64,000 nucleotides of DNA, from the NCBI GenBank assembly GCA_029780855.1, contig JAKOXV010000003.1:162357-226356 (forward strand), written 5' to 3'. The stretch comes from a bacterium (GTDB taxonomy: Bacteria; Patescibacteriota; Saccharimonadia; Saccharimonadales; JAUPVS01). This document shows positions 47,732-57,264 of the stretch, piece by piece (position 1 is the stretch's first letter; each line of letters begins with the position of its first letter). The notes beneath the pieces are model-generated. The model made no database searches. It had not been told where the DNA came from and saw only the letters and a program-made list of their open reading frames with translations. The translations under genes were made by a program, and so were the position numbers.

Positions 47732-48407
47732 GGTGGTCGCCCAGTATTTTATGGAGCGCTTCGGTGTCTTTAAGGATGAAGCAGGATTGCTTGGTCGCTT
47801 CGATGAGGCCTTTTTTCTCGAGCTGTGAGAGCTCTCGACCGGTAGTTTCCCGCGAGGCATTGATAGAACTCGCAATATCTTGATGCTTCAGGGGTACATC
47901 GACCAAAAAGCCGGAATCAATCTCGCGTCCGAAGCGATTGGACATGATAAGCAAGAATGCTACCAGTCGTTCACGGACGGTGCGGTACTCCAAATTCATA
48001 ATACGCTCCGAGTGAATGCGGTACATTTCTAAAATTACGCCCAATGTTTGCTGCAAGATATCGGGGCGCTTTTGTATATAGTCTAGGAATTCGGCTCGGT
48101 CCAGACGCCAGACTTTTGTAGGACCCAGTGCTTCATAGATTACATTTCGACCTTCGCCGGTGAAGGCCCATAGCAGGGGAAAAATCTCGTTTTCTTTTCG
48201 AATAATTAGCAGGTTTTCTTCACCGTATTTAGTTATATCGTAGGCCTTTACGAGGCCACTTTCAACATAAAAAACGCCTGGTGGCGTTTCTCCGGGACGA
48301 ATGACAAATTCGCCTTTTCTGTAATCTAGGCACGTACCTTTCTGGAACATCTGCAGCATCGCTTTGCGCTGCGCGGCGGTGTCGAGCATAACTATATTAT
48401 GAATCAT
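47718..48407 (-). CDS. Crp/Fnr family transcription regulator
   Basis: cNMP-binding domain and HTH HQDIASSINASRETTGRELSQL. Confidence 0.93.
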   Translation of the reverse strand: MIHNIVMLDTAAQRKAMLQMFQKGTCLDYRKGEFVIRPGETPPGVFYVESGLVKAYDITKYGEENLLIIRKENEIFPLLWAFTGEGRNVIYEALGPTKVWRLDRAEFLDYIQKRPDILQQTLGVILEMYRIHSERIMNLEYRTVRERLVAFLLIMSNRFGREIDSGFLVDVPLKHQDIASSINASRETTGRELSQLEKKGLIEATKQSCFILKDTEALHKILGDHPTAT

Positions 48408-48425
48408 TTCTTAGTACCTGCCAAC

Positions 48426-48441
48426 TGTGACAAATATCACA
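48426..48441. promoter_or_regulatory. CRP-type binding site
   Basis: Perfect TGTGA-caaata-TCACA between the divergent crp and PH-domain genes; partial second site at 48449-48464. Confidence 0.85.
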
Positions 48442-48515
48442 CCTCTGTTGTGAGTTACTTAGCAGTTTTTAAGTTTGCGTGAGCATACTATAGAAGTACA
48501 AACGGAGGAGGGGAT

Positions 48516-49208
48516 ATGGTTACACACAAAGAGGTGGAAAAACAGCTCAAACGAATTGGCTTCACCATTAAGTTTTGGGGACGCCCGGAAATCATGGAAC
48601 TCCAGCACATATTAATTCCTGGCGAGCAGGTCATGCACTGTATGAATGGTCGCTATGAAGGGGGGTTTGCTACGCTCGTCGCGACAGATCAGCGCCTCTT
48701 ATTGATTGACAAGCGGATCATGCATTTATTTGTAGAAGATATTCGCTATGACATGCTCGCAGAGGTAGATTTTAGTAGCCAAATTATTAGTGCATCGGCG
48801 AAGGTTTGCACCCCTACAAAGACATTGATATTTACTACCTTCAGAAGTAAAGAACTCCGCCAGCTAGTCTCCTACGTCCAGCAGCGTGTTATAGAAATTA
48901 GACAGCAGTACTCGTTCCAGGCAACCAGCCAGGGGCAACAGGATACGCAACCCCAGCAAGCAGCAGCCTATACGCAGCCTGCAGATACTACCCCAGTCTA
49001 CCAACCTCAGTTCCAGACGCCACCACCAGCACAACCCGTTGATGAATTCACGCGGCAGGTTGTGTCAGAAAATATCGGCATAGTCGCTACTAATGATGCT
49101 ACTAACCAAAACCAGATGCGCTTATTGCCTCGGCCAAAGTTCAGAAACCCCTATGCCCAAGGGCCGTTCATGACGCGCCGAAGGGTAGGGCGTTTTAGTG
49201 CTCACTAA
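48516..49208 (+). CDS. bacterial PH-domain protein with Q/P-rich tail
   Basis: L.PGE, LVATDQRLLLIDK, EDIRY. Confidence 0.8.
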   Translation: MVTHKEVEKQLKRIGFTIKFWGRPEIMELQHILIPGEQVMHCMNGRYEGGFATLVATDQRLLLIDKRIMHLFVEDIRYDMLAEVDFSSQIISASAKVCTPTKTLIFTTFRSKELRQLVSYVQQRVIEIRQQYSFQATSQGQQDTQPQQAAAYTQPADTTPVYQPQFQTPPPAQPVDEFTRQVVSENIGIVATNDATNQNQMRLLPRPKFRNPYAQGPFMTRRRVGRFSAH

Positions 49209-49213
49209 AGGGC

Positions 49214-50293
49214 CTATACATTAAATCGGAACTCAACTACATCGTCTGGTTGCATGACGTAGTATTTCCCCTCGGTGCGGATTTTGCCCGCGCTTTTAGC
49301 GGCTGCTTCTGAGCCGGCGGATAGTAGATCATGATAATCAACGATCTGAGCAGCAATAAAACCGCGTTCGAAATCGCCATGGATAACTCCAGCTGCCTGA
49401 GGGGCGGTGGCTCCTTTGGGAATTGTCCAAGCGCGTACTTCTTTTTCGCCGGCGGTAAGGTAGCTCTGTAAACCGAGGGTGTCATAGGCGGCATGAATCA
49501 GCTGTTCCAGGCCAGAGCTTTCCACTCCGTAGCTCTCAAGTAACTCTTGCCGATCAGTTTCATCCAAGCTTTGGAGTTCATGTTCTAACTTGGCGCACAC
49601 AAAGATGCTCTGAGCAGGTGCTACCATCTGGGAAAGCTCTTGTTTCTTTTGTGCATCGGCTAGCCCTTGTTCATCAACATTGAACACATAAATCACTGGC
49701 TTCATGGTGAGTAGCTGTAAATCTTCTAGACCTTCGTATCCATCTGCATCAATCGCGACGTGAACCGGCTTGCCACTATCCAACTCAAGCTCAATCTGTT
49801 TAAGTGCATCGGCCATATGCTTTAGTTTCGGATTGGCTCGCGCCTCTTTCTCCATGCGAGGAAGCCGTTTTTGGACGGTCTGTAGATCGGCTAGGACGAG
49901 TTCAGTGTTTATGACTTCGATATCTTTTTTAGGGTCGTGCTCGCTATCGACATGCGTAACATTTGTATCATCAAAGGCTCGTACCACATGTGCTATGGCG
50001 TTAGTAGATCGAATGTTAGCCAGAAACTGATTACCCAGACCTTCTCCTTGGCTTGCGCCAGCTACCAATCCTGCAATATCTACGAATTCAACGGTGGCCG
50101 GCTTAATTGGAGCGCCGTGATACAGAGCAGATAGCTTATGTAGCCGTTCATCACGAATAGGCACAATACCATTGTTTGGCTCTATGGTAGCAAAGGGGTA
50201 GTTGGCCGCTAAGATATTGTTGTTCGTGAGGGCGTTGAAGAGGGTAGACTTGCCGACGTTCGGTAGCCCAACGATGCCAATTGATAGACTCAT
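49214..50293 (-). CDS. ychF: ribosome-binding ATPase YchF
   Basis: GLPNVGKSTLFN, NYPFATIEPN, DIAGL, IHGDFERGFI. Confidence 0.97.
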   Translation of the reverse strand: MSLSIGIVGLPNVGKSTLFNALTNNNILAANYPFATIEPNNGIVPIRDERLHKLSALYHGAPIKPATVEFVDIAGLVAGASQGEGLGNQFLANIRSTNAIAHVVRAFDDTNVTHVDSEHDPKKDIEVINTELVLADLQTVQKRLPRMEKEARANPKLKHMADALKQIELELDSGKPVHVAIDADGYEGLEDLQLLTMKPVIYVFNVDEQGLADAQKKQELSQMVAPAQSIFVCAKLEHELQSLDETDRQELLESYGVESSGLEQLIHAAYDTLGLQSYLTAGEKEVRAWTIPKGATAPQAAGVIHGDFERGFIAAQIVDYHDLLSAGSEAAAKSAGKIRTEGKYYVMQPDDVVEFRFNV

Positions 50294-50316
50294 TGCTTGG
50301 TATTATAACAAGAAAT

Positions 50317-51897
50317 TTATCTCCTCCTAAGTAGTTTACAGGCTGCCATTAGCCCGTACATAATAAGTAGTAACAAACTGAATGTTAGTACCCATTCACC
50401 GAGGCGGGTAAAGGGTGTAATTTGACTGTTTGGCATAAAGCTGAAGTCAATGAAGCGAGTTTTTGAATCGGTTGGTTTTACGATGTAGTTACCGTCGCTG
50501 TTGAGCGCAAAGGCCGGTGCTCCGAGCGAAGATTGGATAAAAGGGCGGTTGTTGGCAATGGCATGAAAGCGAGCGAGCAAAATGGATTGCCGAAAATAAG
50601 ACTTAGACCCTGCAAAATCTATCAGCGAGGCACTATTGGTTAACACTTTCGCTCCATGTCGAGTTAGGTTGCGGTAAATATTCGTACCGAGAATTCCCGA
50701 ACAGGCTACCGGACCGATAGTGAGCCCTCCGTAGCTAAAGGTCTGTGCTGGATTCCCTTTATACACTTGGCGATAATGCTGAAAGTGAGTAATAATAGAG
50801 CTTTGTCCGGTAAGGTGATAGAATATCTGAACCATGTACGGAAGATATTCGCCAGTCGGTATCAGAAAACCTTTGGTTTGTTCCGAAATTAATCTTCCTT
50901 TGGCGTCATGAAAGTCAAGCGTACCGTACCACCTTTGGCGGTTGCCTTTACTTACCGTAACGCTGAAGCCGCTCTCTTTTAAGCGTTTATTCACCAGGGT
51001 CTCAGTAACTGATGAATAATCAGATAGAAACATTCCGGAGTACTCGGGTAGTACAATGAGGTCTCTTTTTTCATCTGATTTATTGTCGATAGACGTATGA
51101 TAACCAGCCTCAGGTATGGTCGTTGCATTTTGTAATACGCTTGCTTGTAGTATGTTCCCGGAATTGTCCGTCCGGTAGTACCGAATGCTTACTCCAAAAG
51201 CAATAACCATCATTACCGTAAGCGTAAGTGGGGCAGTAAGGTTTTTTTGCTGCAGTGCGAAGAACAGAATGAGTGCCATGAGGACGACTAAAAAGGTAAG
51301 CCCGTACATGCCAATAAACCGGCTGAGTACAGCAAGAGGTGTTTGAACGCTGCCTAGTCCAAAATTGCCAAAATTCCAATAATCACCGATTGTCCCTTGT
51401 GAACCATACAAAACTACAGAAAACCATACACTTCGTAACCATTCTAAAACTACCCAGGATGCACAGAATAATATCCATGCCACTGGCGTTGGTCGTAGTT
51501 TAATAGTAAAACCGAAAAATAATCCTAGAGGAAGCATAGGTATGCACACAACAAAGGACATTAAGAGCCAGCCGATAATCGCCGATGAAACTGAGTATAA
51601 GCGGTTCATACCGATTAGGCCCGACACATTAACTCGAAGAAACCAAGAAAGTACTACGAGAAAGAAAGGCAGAAAAAAACTCGTCGTATAGGCTGTGATC
51701 GTCCTGAAACCTTCGCTTTCGGTTTTTTGCCAGGCCAAAAAGAGAGGCATTAGACACAATGGCAACACTAGCCCTGGAATGCCCCAAGAGAATACGCCGC
51801 CCGCTATGATTCCGGCAAAAATAACAAGGACAAAAAGTACGAGGGGACGGTCTTTATTGATAGCAAGTAGAGGTTTATCGAACGGTGATTGGTTCAT
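50317..51897 (-). CDS. lnt: apolipoprotein N-acyltransferase-like protein (nitrilase fold)
   Basis: TM region with WVVLEWLRS and GMYG; triad contexts LPEY, KGFLIPTGEY and PVACS; QITPFTRLGE. Confidence 0.75.
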   Translation of the reverse strand: MNQSPFDKPLLAINKDRPLVLFVLVIFAGIIAGGVFSWGIPGLVLPLCLMPLFLAWQKTESEGFRTITAYTTSFFLPFFLVVLSWFLRVNVSGLIGMNRLYSVSSAIIGWLLMSFVVCIPMLPLGLFFGFTIKLRPTPVAWILFCASWVVLEWLRSVWFSVVLYGSQGTIGDYWNFGNFGLGSVQTPLAVLSRFIGMYGLTFLVVLMALILFFALQQKNLTAPLTLTVMMVIAFGVSIRYYRTDNSGNILQASVLQNATTIPEAGYHTSIDNKSDEKRDLIVLPEYSGMFLSDYSSVTETLVNKRLKESGFSVTVSKGNRQRWYGTLDFHDAKGRLISEQTKGFLIPTGEYLPYMVQIFYHLTGQSSIITHFQHYRQVYKGNPAQTFSYGGLTIGPVACSGILGTNIYRNLTRHGAKVLTNSASLIDFAGSKSYFRQSILLARFHAIANNRPFIQSSLGAPAFALNSDGNYIVKPTDSKTRFIDFSFMPNSQITPFTRLGEWVLTFSLLLLIMYGLMAACKLLRRR

Positions 51898-51900
51898 AAA

Positions 51901-53055
51901 TCACCATTGGGCGAACCAAGTTGCGGTATAGATTTGTCCCGTTGAAGTGTTTTTATACGCGTAGGTACCGACTCTGTTGAATTTAGGATTGAGTATATTT
52001 GCCCGGTGACCAGCACTATTGAGGTACGCCTGAAAGATCTGATCTGATGAGGAACCGGTGCCGACATTCTCGCCTAGGGACAGCCAATATTGATTCGGAC
52101 AGGGTGCATACTGGTCTTCAAAGGCCCCGATTAAATTGCCGCCGTTGGAGTGAAACAGACGATTGAAGTGTGCATTTGCCCAGGCCACTCTACCTGCAAG
52201 TATATTTAAACAACCTTCTGCCTTCAGTCCCTGTAAGCCTCCGAGTCCTCTTACGTAGTTTACTGCGTCCCGCTGTTTTGCTGTTGTATCATAATCTGCC
52301 TCCCACCCTGTCTCGGCTGCCGGTGAAGCTCCTGCATGGGGCATGAATAAGTCAGCAACTTGTTGTAATGCGTTCTTGGAATATCCCGACGCACGATTTA
52401 GGGCGCTGACGTTGTTCTGACGCCGCCGAGGCTGTTTGGGCTTGCGGGATTCCATGCCTCGCTTTTGGCGAACGGATGCCGTACTGCAAACCTGCTGCAT
52501 TTTGTTCTGCATTGTAGAAAGTATCGATGGCTGTGAACTGCCAGGATAGACATCAACGGCAGTTGCCTCGTCACCCTTGGTTAGCATAAAACCACTGTAA
52601 TTATTCACGAATGCTTTAGTACCGGGAGGAGCAATGTTGTCCGGAAGTGTTTCAATATCTAACATGTCTAAGGCATTATATAAATTATTGAGCTGCGGTT
52701 TATTTAGGCGTCCCATGGTTACGTCACCTTGTGCGTTACCATCATCGCAAAGTAGCGTACCGTCTTTAAGTACAATATTTGATGATGAAATCGAATTGTA
52801 GGTGATATTGCCGCTGGCGTCTTTAGTAATGGTCGACGGTTTCTCTACGGTATACGACGCTAAAATAAGATCCGGATCTACTTCTAGAGCAAAGCTCCGA
52901 TAGGTTACTACGGATCCGATAACTGCAAACAAGGCAATAAATATTAAAAATGACTTCTTTCGAAGCCAATTGTTTGATGAAATTAATCTGTTTTTTGAAC
53001 TACGCGAAGCAGTTCCGGGCCTTTTATTCCTGGAGGGACTAATTCGAGCTACCAT
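51901..53055 (-). CDS. membrane-anchored CAP/SCP-domain protein
   Basis: N-terminal TM; C-terminal N..R...GL, HS, GENVG, YLNSAGHRANIL, VG. Confidence 0.85.
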   Translation of the reverse strand: MVARISPSRNKRPGTASRSSKNRLISSNNWLRKKSFLIFIALFAVIGSVVTYRSFALEVDPDLILASYTVEKPSTITKDASGNITYNSISSSNIVLKDGTLLCDDGNAQGDVTMGRLNKPQLNNLYNALDMLDIETLPDNIAPPGTKAFVNNYSGFMLTKGDEATAVDVYPGSSQPSILSTMQNKMQQVCSTASVRQKRGMESRKPKQPRRRQNNVSALNRASGYSKNALQQVADLFMPHAGASPAAETGWEADYDTTAKQRDAVNYVRGLGGLQGLKAEGCLNILAGRVAWANAHFNRLFHSNGGNLIGAFEDQYAPCPNQYWLSLGENVGTGSSSDQIFQAYLNSAGHRANILNPKFNRVGTYAYKNTSTGQIYTATWFAQW

Positions 53056-53242
53056 TTGCTTTCCTCTTGATAGTAATATTACGCTTATGGTAGTACTTTC
53101 GAAAAGCTTTGTAAACTCTCCTTATCACTAAGCGTCTAGACTGGCTATTTAGCGGCTGTACACTCAATTGCTCAGCGCCATCTACCTATTTTGTACGTCC
53201 ATTCTGGAGCACTGATTGCTTCAAAGATTATGTTACACACTA

Positions 53243-53271
53243 TTGACAGTATAGAAAATACTTGTCATACT
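53243..53271 (+). promoter_or_regulatory. sigma70 promoter for unit 3, overlapped by a TGACAGTAT/ATACTTGTCA inverted repeat
   Basis: TTGACA-17 nt-CATACT with TG at the extended -10 position. Confidence 0.6.
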
Positions 53272-53280
53272 ATATATACT

Positions 53281-53456
53281 GCTAACTCATGGGCTTTAGC
53301 CCTGTGTGAATATGAGTTTTAGCGGATCATTAACATATCAGATTCGGTTTACCCTTATTATACAGGGAACGGGGCTTATTCTTTTTATCAAGAGGGTATA
53401 CCCCGTTCCCAAGAAGGGTTACGGTGCAGGCAGAAGCCGAAGTAACTGCGGAGAGT
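53281..53456 (+). ncRNA. structured ~180-nt leader
   Basis: Hairpins gctaactcat/atgagttttagc (53281-53323) and accctt..gggaacgggg/ccccgttccc..aagggt (about 53351-53419). Confidence 0.5.
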
Positions 53457-54050
53457 ATGATGGGTATTAAGCGAATCAGCCTGACCCTGTTAGCGGTCCT
53501 GCTAACAAGTATTTCGACCGGCTCCATGGCTTATGCCGGGGAGTCCAGTACATCTACTACAGGGAAGAGCGTGACTTTGGTGTCGATTCCGGTCGACAAT
53601 GAGATACATGATGAACCAGGTAGTCAAGTCGAAATCACAACCCAATTGGCGGGTCCAATCGACGGTCAGATGTGCAAAGTGGATTTCTCCTTCGAGAACA
53701 ACACCAGCATTCATTCTGACAACACCATTCTGCTGTACTCTGGGGAAAGCATGGCTCGCTTCGACGGCGTCGAAGATGCCGATTTCGCCGAGCGTCTCGC
53801 CACTATGCAGCCACAGTATCTCTATATTGATGGCTATATCACGGTACAGATGATTCTCGGCGAAGAGGGTGTATCGAGTGGTGGTATAATCGTCGATCTG
53901 TACTGCGAGGTACTGCCTCCTGCTGAGATCGGTACTCCTGTTTCTGTTGTCCGCCAGATCGGTGACTACACTCCAGATATCGTGGTCACACCAACAGTTT
54001 CGTCAGTTCCAGCTGCGGCAATCCCAGCTAGCCCGCGGTTTACTGGCTAA
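53457..54050 (+). CDS. secreted orphan protein ending PAAAIPASPRFTG
   Basis: GGAGAG RBS, signal peptide ending AYA, acidic beta-rich domain with two Cys, P/V/T linker. Confidence 0.8.
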   Translation: MMGIKRISLTLLAVLLTSISTGSMAYAGESSTSTTGKSVTLVSIPVDNEIHDEPGSQVEITTQLAGPIDGQMCKVDFSFENNTSIHSDNTILLYSGESMARFDGVEDADFAERLATMQPQYLYIDGYITVQMILGEEGVSSGGIIVDLYCEVLPPAEIGTPVSVVRQIGDYTPDIVVTPTVSSVPAAAIPASPRFTG

Positions 54051-54055
54051 GGTTC

Positions 54056-54131
54056 GCGCAGTGGCAGAGGAAAGAGCAATGGCGCTTTCAAGTTTTTCCG
54101 GTTATGCTGGAAATCTCCTCTGCCACTGCGC
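54056..54131 (+). other. long hairpin / three-way junction right after the stop codon
   Basis: 16-bp perfect arm gcgcagtggcagagga/tcctctgccactgcgc enclosing two small hairpins. Confidence 0.85.
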
Positions 54132-54361
54132 TGCAATTTAACCAATCTGATATGTTTCACAATTTTTATCGCTTTATACTGCTCAGCGTTCTTGATCAGG
54201 AACAAAGCGACAAAGCTATACACTAGTCTGTAAAATACTACTCATTTTGAGGTGTTAAATTCAGTATAATACATAAACACTTAGATGGTATATTTTCATA
54301 TTGCAGCTATGACGAATCATATTTTAATCATAAGCGTATCATGGTATTTTAATAGCAAGCT

Positions 54362-54841
54362 ATGGCAGCGGAAGTGAAATATACACGAGTGTCGTTTTGG
54401 CAACGATTGAAGCTTCAGGTGGGCAAGCTGTATGCGAACCATACAAAATTGAAGTTGTTGGCAACCGCATTGGTTATCCTTCTAGTCGTCGGCTTAATTG
54501 CGAGCGCTGTATATTCGAACTACAAGTCTCGTTCCAAAACCACAGTCGTCAAGCCAGTTACCACGGCGGACGTTATTTCTAACTTAAAAAAATCCTCGAA
54601 CGTGCCCACGATTCAAGAACGATACGATGCTCAAAAAGACAGTTTGCCGGACGGTGGTACCTACACCCAGAAGGATCTTGGTAACCTTATAGACATGGCG
54701 TTAGCCGCCAAGGCTCTCGGCAAAAAAGAAGAAGCAAAAACCTATGCTCAAGCGGCGCTGCCGTTAATAAATAAGAATGCCGAGTTCCAAAAACAGTATC
54801 CCGAGGTAGTAACTTCTATTAAATTGATTGCGAATAATTAG
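54362..54841 (+). CDS. single-pass membrane protein with TPR-like helix pair
   Basis: TM helix, then MALAAKALGKKEEAKTYAQAAL. Confidence 0.7.
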   Translation: MAAEVKYTRVSFWQRLKLQVGKLYANHTKLKLLATALVILLVVGLIASAVYSNYKSRSKTTVVKPVTTADVISNLKKSSNVPTIQERYDAQKDSLPDGGTYTQKDLGNLIDMALAAKALGKKEEAKTYAQAALPLINKNAEFQKQYPEVVTSIKLIANN

Positions 54842-54845
54842 TACC

Positions 54846-57218
54846 ATGAAACTACTGCAGAATCAGTACATCAGTAAAACAAAAATCTACATGTTAATTC
54901 TCGGGTTGTTGAGTGTCATGCTGGGGGGTCACATTGCGTTCGGTAGTCCTTTAGTTGATGCCGCTCGAGATACTAGTTACGATTGCGAAAGGTACGTTCA
55001 TTACGGAGGTAGCACTTCGGTTCCTGGCGTGGGTACTTACCATGTTGTGCAATATGGCTTAAAAGGTAACGATGCAGCTCGTTGGCAGAACAATGATAAT
55101 GGGGCCATTATTGCTGATTCTGATCCTTCACCGTCAAATTACACTATTGATACTGGTCCTAACTTTGGCGATTGTGCTGCTGCGTTTGGGTATTCGCCCA
55201 TAGACTGTGACCCAAATAACGGAATCAATCTTTTTTGGGATTGTCTTGGTAACGTGCCTTTTACAAACTCATACTATAGAACTTTTTTTGGTGGATCACC
55301 TACAAAAGTGTACCTTGGAAGTGCAATAGCTCATCCTGATAACGTCGAGCACTACGAAAATAATCCAGCACTTGTGGATTCAGATTATTCTGACCCTACA
55401 AGGACGAATGCTGGGGTGACCTCGACACTACACTATCCCTTCGGTGATATAAACGACGCAGGTTTAGTAAACATTAATAATCAGAGGATTTGGTGCGTAG
55501 GTTTCGGTATCTTTTGCCGCCTCAACGCACTAACGGATGGAGCGGGAGGTAATCCTGCTGCGTGGGCTGGCTATCTAGATGCTGCACAATTTATTTCTAA
55601 TCCTACGGTTTCGCAGAATGCTATAGAGAATATTCCTAACGTTTCATATAGGGATGCGTTATTCAAAGGTTCTGGAGTGCCTGTGAGAGACCTGCATGAT
55701 GTGGGGCTGTTGGCCTCGGGTGCTACAAGCTTTCAACTAAGAATGTCAGGAGCAAACACACAAGATCCTTTTTTTGGTTGTTTAGCATCTACCGGTGTTT
55801 CTTGGGACAATGGACCAGCACCCAATAACTGTTATTCTGGTCATTTTTTGAATACAAAAGTAGCTACATACTTAACGTTTTTTGTCCCCGAAACAGCAAA
55901 CAACCCCTTTGACCCAAAGTGCGACAATATTTATCCGTCCCCAAGTAGTCCAGAACCCGGACAGTTGTTTAACATAACAGCAACCTTTAAAGACATCCAA
56001 AACATGCACAATAACGATATTAACTACCAGGCTCGGATCACAATTGATGGAACTAGTATTAACGACCGGTTGTTTGCTAACGGTAAGTTAAGCAAAACAA
56101 GCTCAGCACTGTCGGTGTCAAGCAATGATCCTAACTGGCTGAGTATTCCCACTGCCGGGCAGTATACCGGTAAAGTTACGCTTGGTCTCACGGGCCAAGA
56201 AAACAGGACGATTACCTGTCCGTTCGGAGGGAGTAATGAACCGCCTAAAATTCCCATTACAGCGAAACCGTACGTGCGGGTGTATGGTAATGACACCATA
56301 GCGGGTGGAAACTTTGCGAACACCAATGGGATATGTAGTGGACCTGACCCCAATCCTGATGCGTCTATTGCTACGTTTGCAGTCAATGAGAGTGGATGGA
56401 AGGGTAGTGGCGTAGAGTACGCCGCCTTTGCCATGGGGGCTATTATGGATAATGGCTTTATTAGTGCCAGTACCCACAACGGGGCTGCTACGGGTCCTAA
56501 GCTGGGCTTGACGTTTGGAAACTACCGGATGGGCAATGCGATGGTTAATGATTTTGGCGGGCTCAGTGGCATAAGTTCTTGCGCGCCAAATTACTATTCG
56601 CTCAAGTCTGCCAATGCTAGAAAAAGCCAAGCAGATAATATAAGTACTCTGATTAGCGCTAGCAACGAGGCGCTGGATGTTAACCCATCCAGTGGTAAAA
56701 CGATGATTAACGGAAGCTGGAGTAACATTTCTGGTAACCATGCCGTGTTTATAAACGGCGATCTGATTATTAACGATGACATTAGCCTTGCAAGCTTTAG
56801 CGATACTGATGTGAATGGAATACCTTCACTCTATGTGGTGGTGAAAGGAAATATATACCTAACCAACAAGGTAAAGCGTCTGGATGGAGTCTTTATTGCC
56901 CAACCAGATGGTAGTAGCGGCGGAACGATCTTCACGTGCGCAAAGCAGAATGCCACTACGTACACAATATCTGAACTATATGATAACTGCGGCAATCAAC
57001 TGATAGTTAACGGGGCGTTTATTGCCAATAAAGTTAGGTTTTTGCGCACGAATGGAACATTGAATGCCGCTGGTGTCGACGAGGCGCCAAGTTCGAACAA
57101 AATCGCAGAAGTGTTTAATTTTACTCCGAGTATCTATTTGGCAAAAAACCCTTACATAGTAATTCCTGACACTAAAGGCCAGAACAGCACAATAATTAGT
57201 TTGCCACCAATCTTATAA
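54846..57218 (+). CDS. large secreted Cys/Asn/Gly-rich protein, candidate pilus-associated adhesin
   Basis: Signal peptide, KPYVRVYGND..AGG, VFINGDLII/VVVKGNIYL/LDGVFIA/LIVNGAFIA repeats, ends ISLPPIL; directly upstream of pilM. Confidence 0.7.
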   Translation: MKLLQNQYISKTKIYMLILGLLSVMLGGHIAFGSPLVDAARDTSYDCERYVHYGGSTSVPGVGTYHVVQYGLKGNDAARWQNNDNGAIIADSDPSPSNYTIDTGPNFGDCAAAFGYSPIDCDPNNGINLFWDCLGNVPFTNSYYRTFFGGSPTKVYLGSAIAHPDNVEHYENNPALVDSDYSDPTRTNAGVTSTLHYPFGDINDAGLVNINNQRIWCVGFGIFCRLNALTDGAGGNPAAWAGYLDAAQFISNPTVSQNAIENIPNVSYRDALFKGSGVPVRDLHDVGLLASGATSFQLRMSGANTQDPFFGCLASTGVSWDNGPAPNNCYSGHFLNTKVATYLTFFVPETANNPFDPKCDNIYPSPSSPEPGQLFNITATFKDIQNMHNNDINYQARITIDGTSINDRLFANGKLSKTSSALSVSSNDPNWLSIPTAGQYTGKVTLGLTGQENRTITCPFGGSNEPPKIPITAKPYVRVYGNDTIAGGNFANTNGICSGPDPNPDASIATFAVNESGWKGSGVEYAAFAMGAIMDNGFISASTHNGAATGPKLGLTFGNYRMGNAMVNDFGGLSGISSCAPNYYSLKSANARKSQADNISTLISASNEALDVNPSSGKTMINGSWSNISGNHAVFINGDLIINDDISLASFSDTDVNGIPSLYVVVKGNIYLTNKVKRLDGVFIAQPDGSSGGTIFTCAKQNATTYTISELYDNCGNQLIVNGAFIANKVRFLRTNGTLNAAGVDEAPSSNKIAEVFNFTPSIYLAKNPYIVIPDTKGQNSTIISLPPIL

Positions 57219-57264
57219 AAACGTTGCAAATTAGTATTACGCTTATGCTATAATCAGCGTAAGT

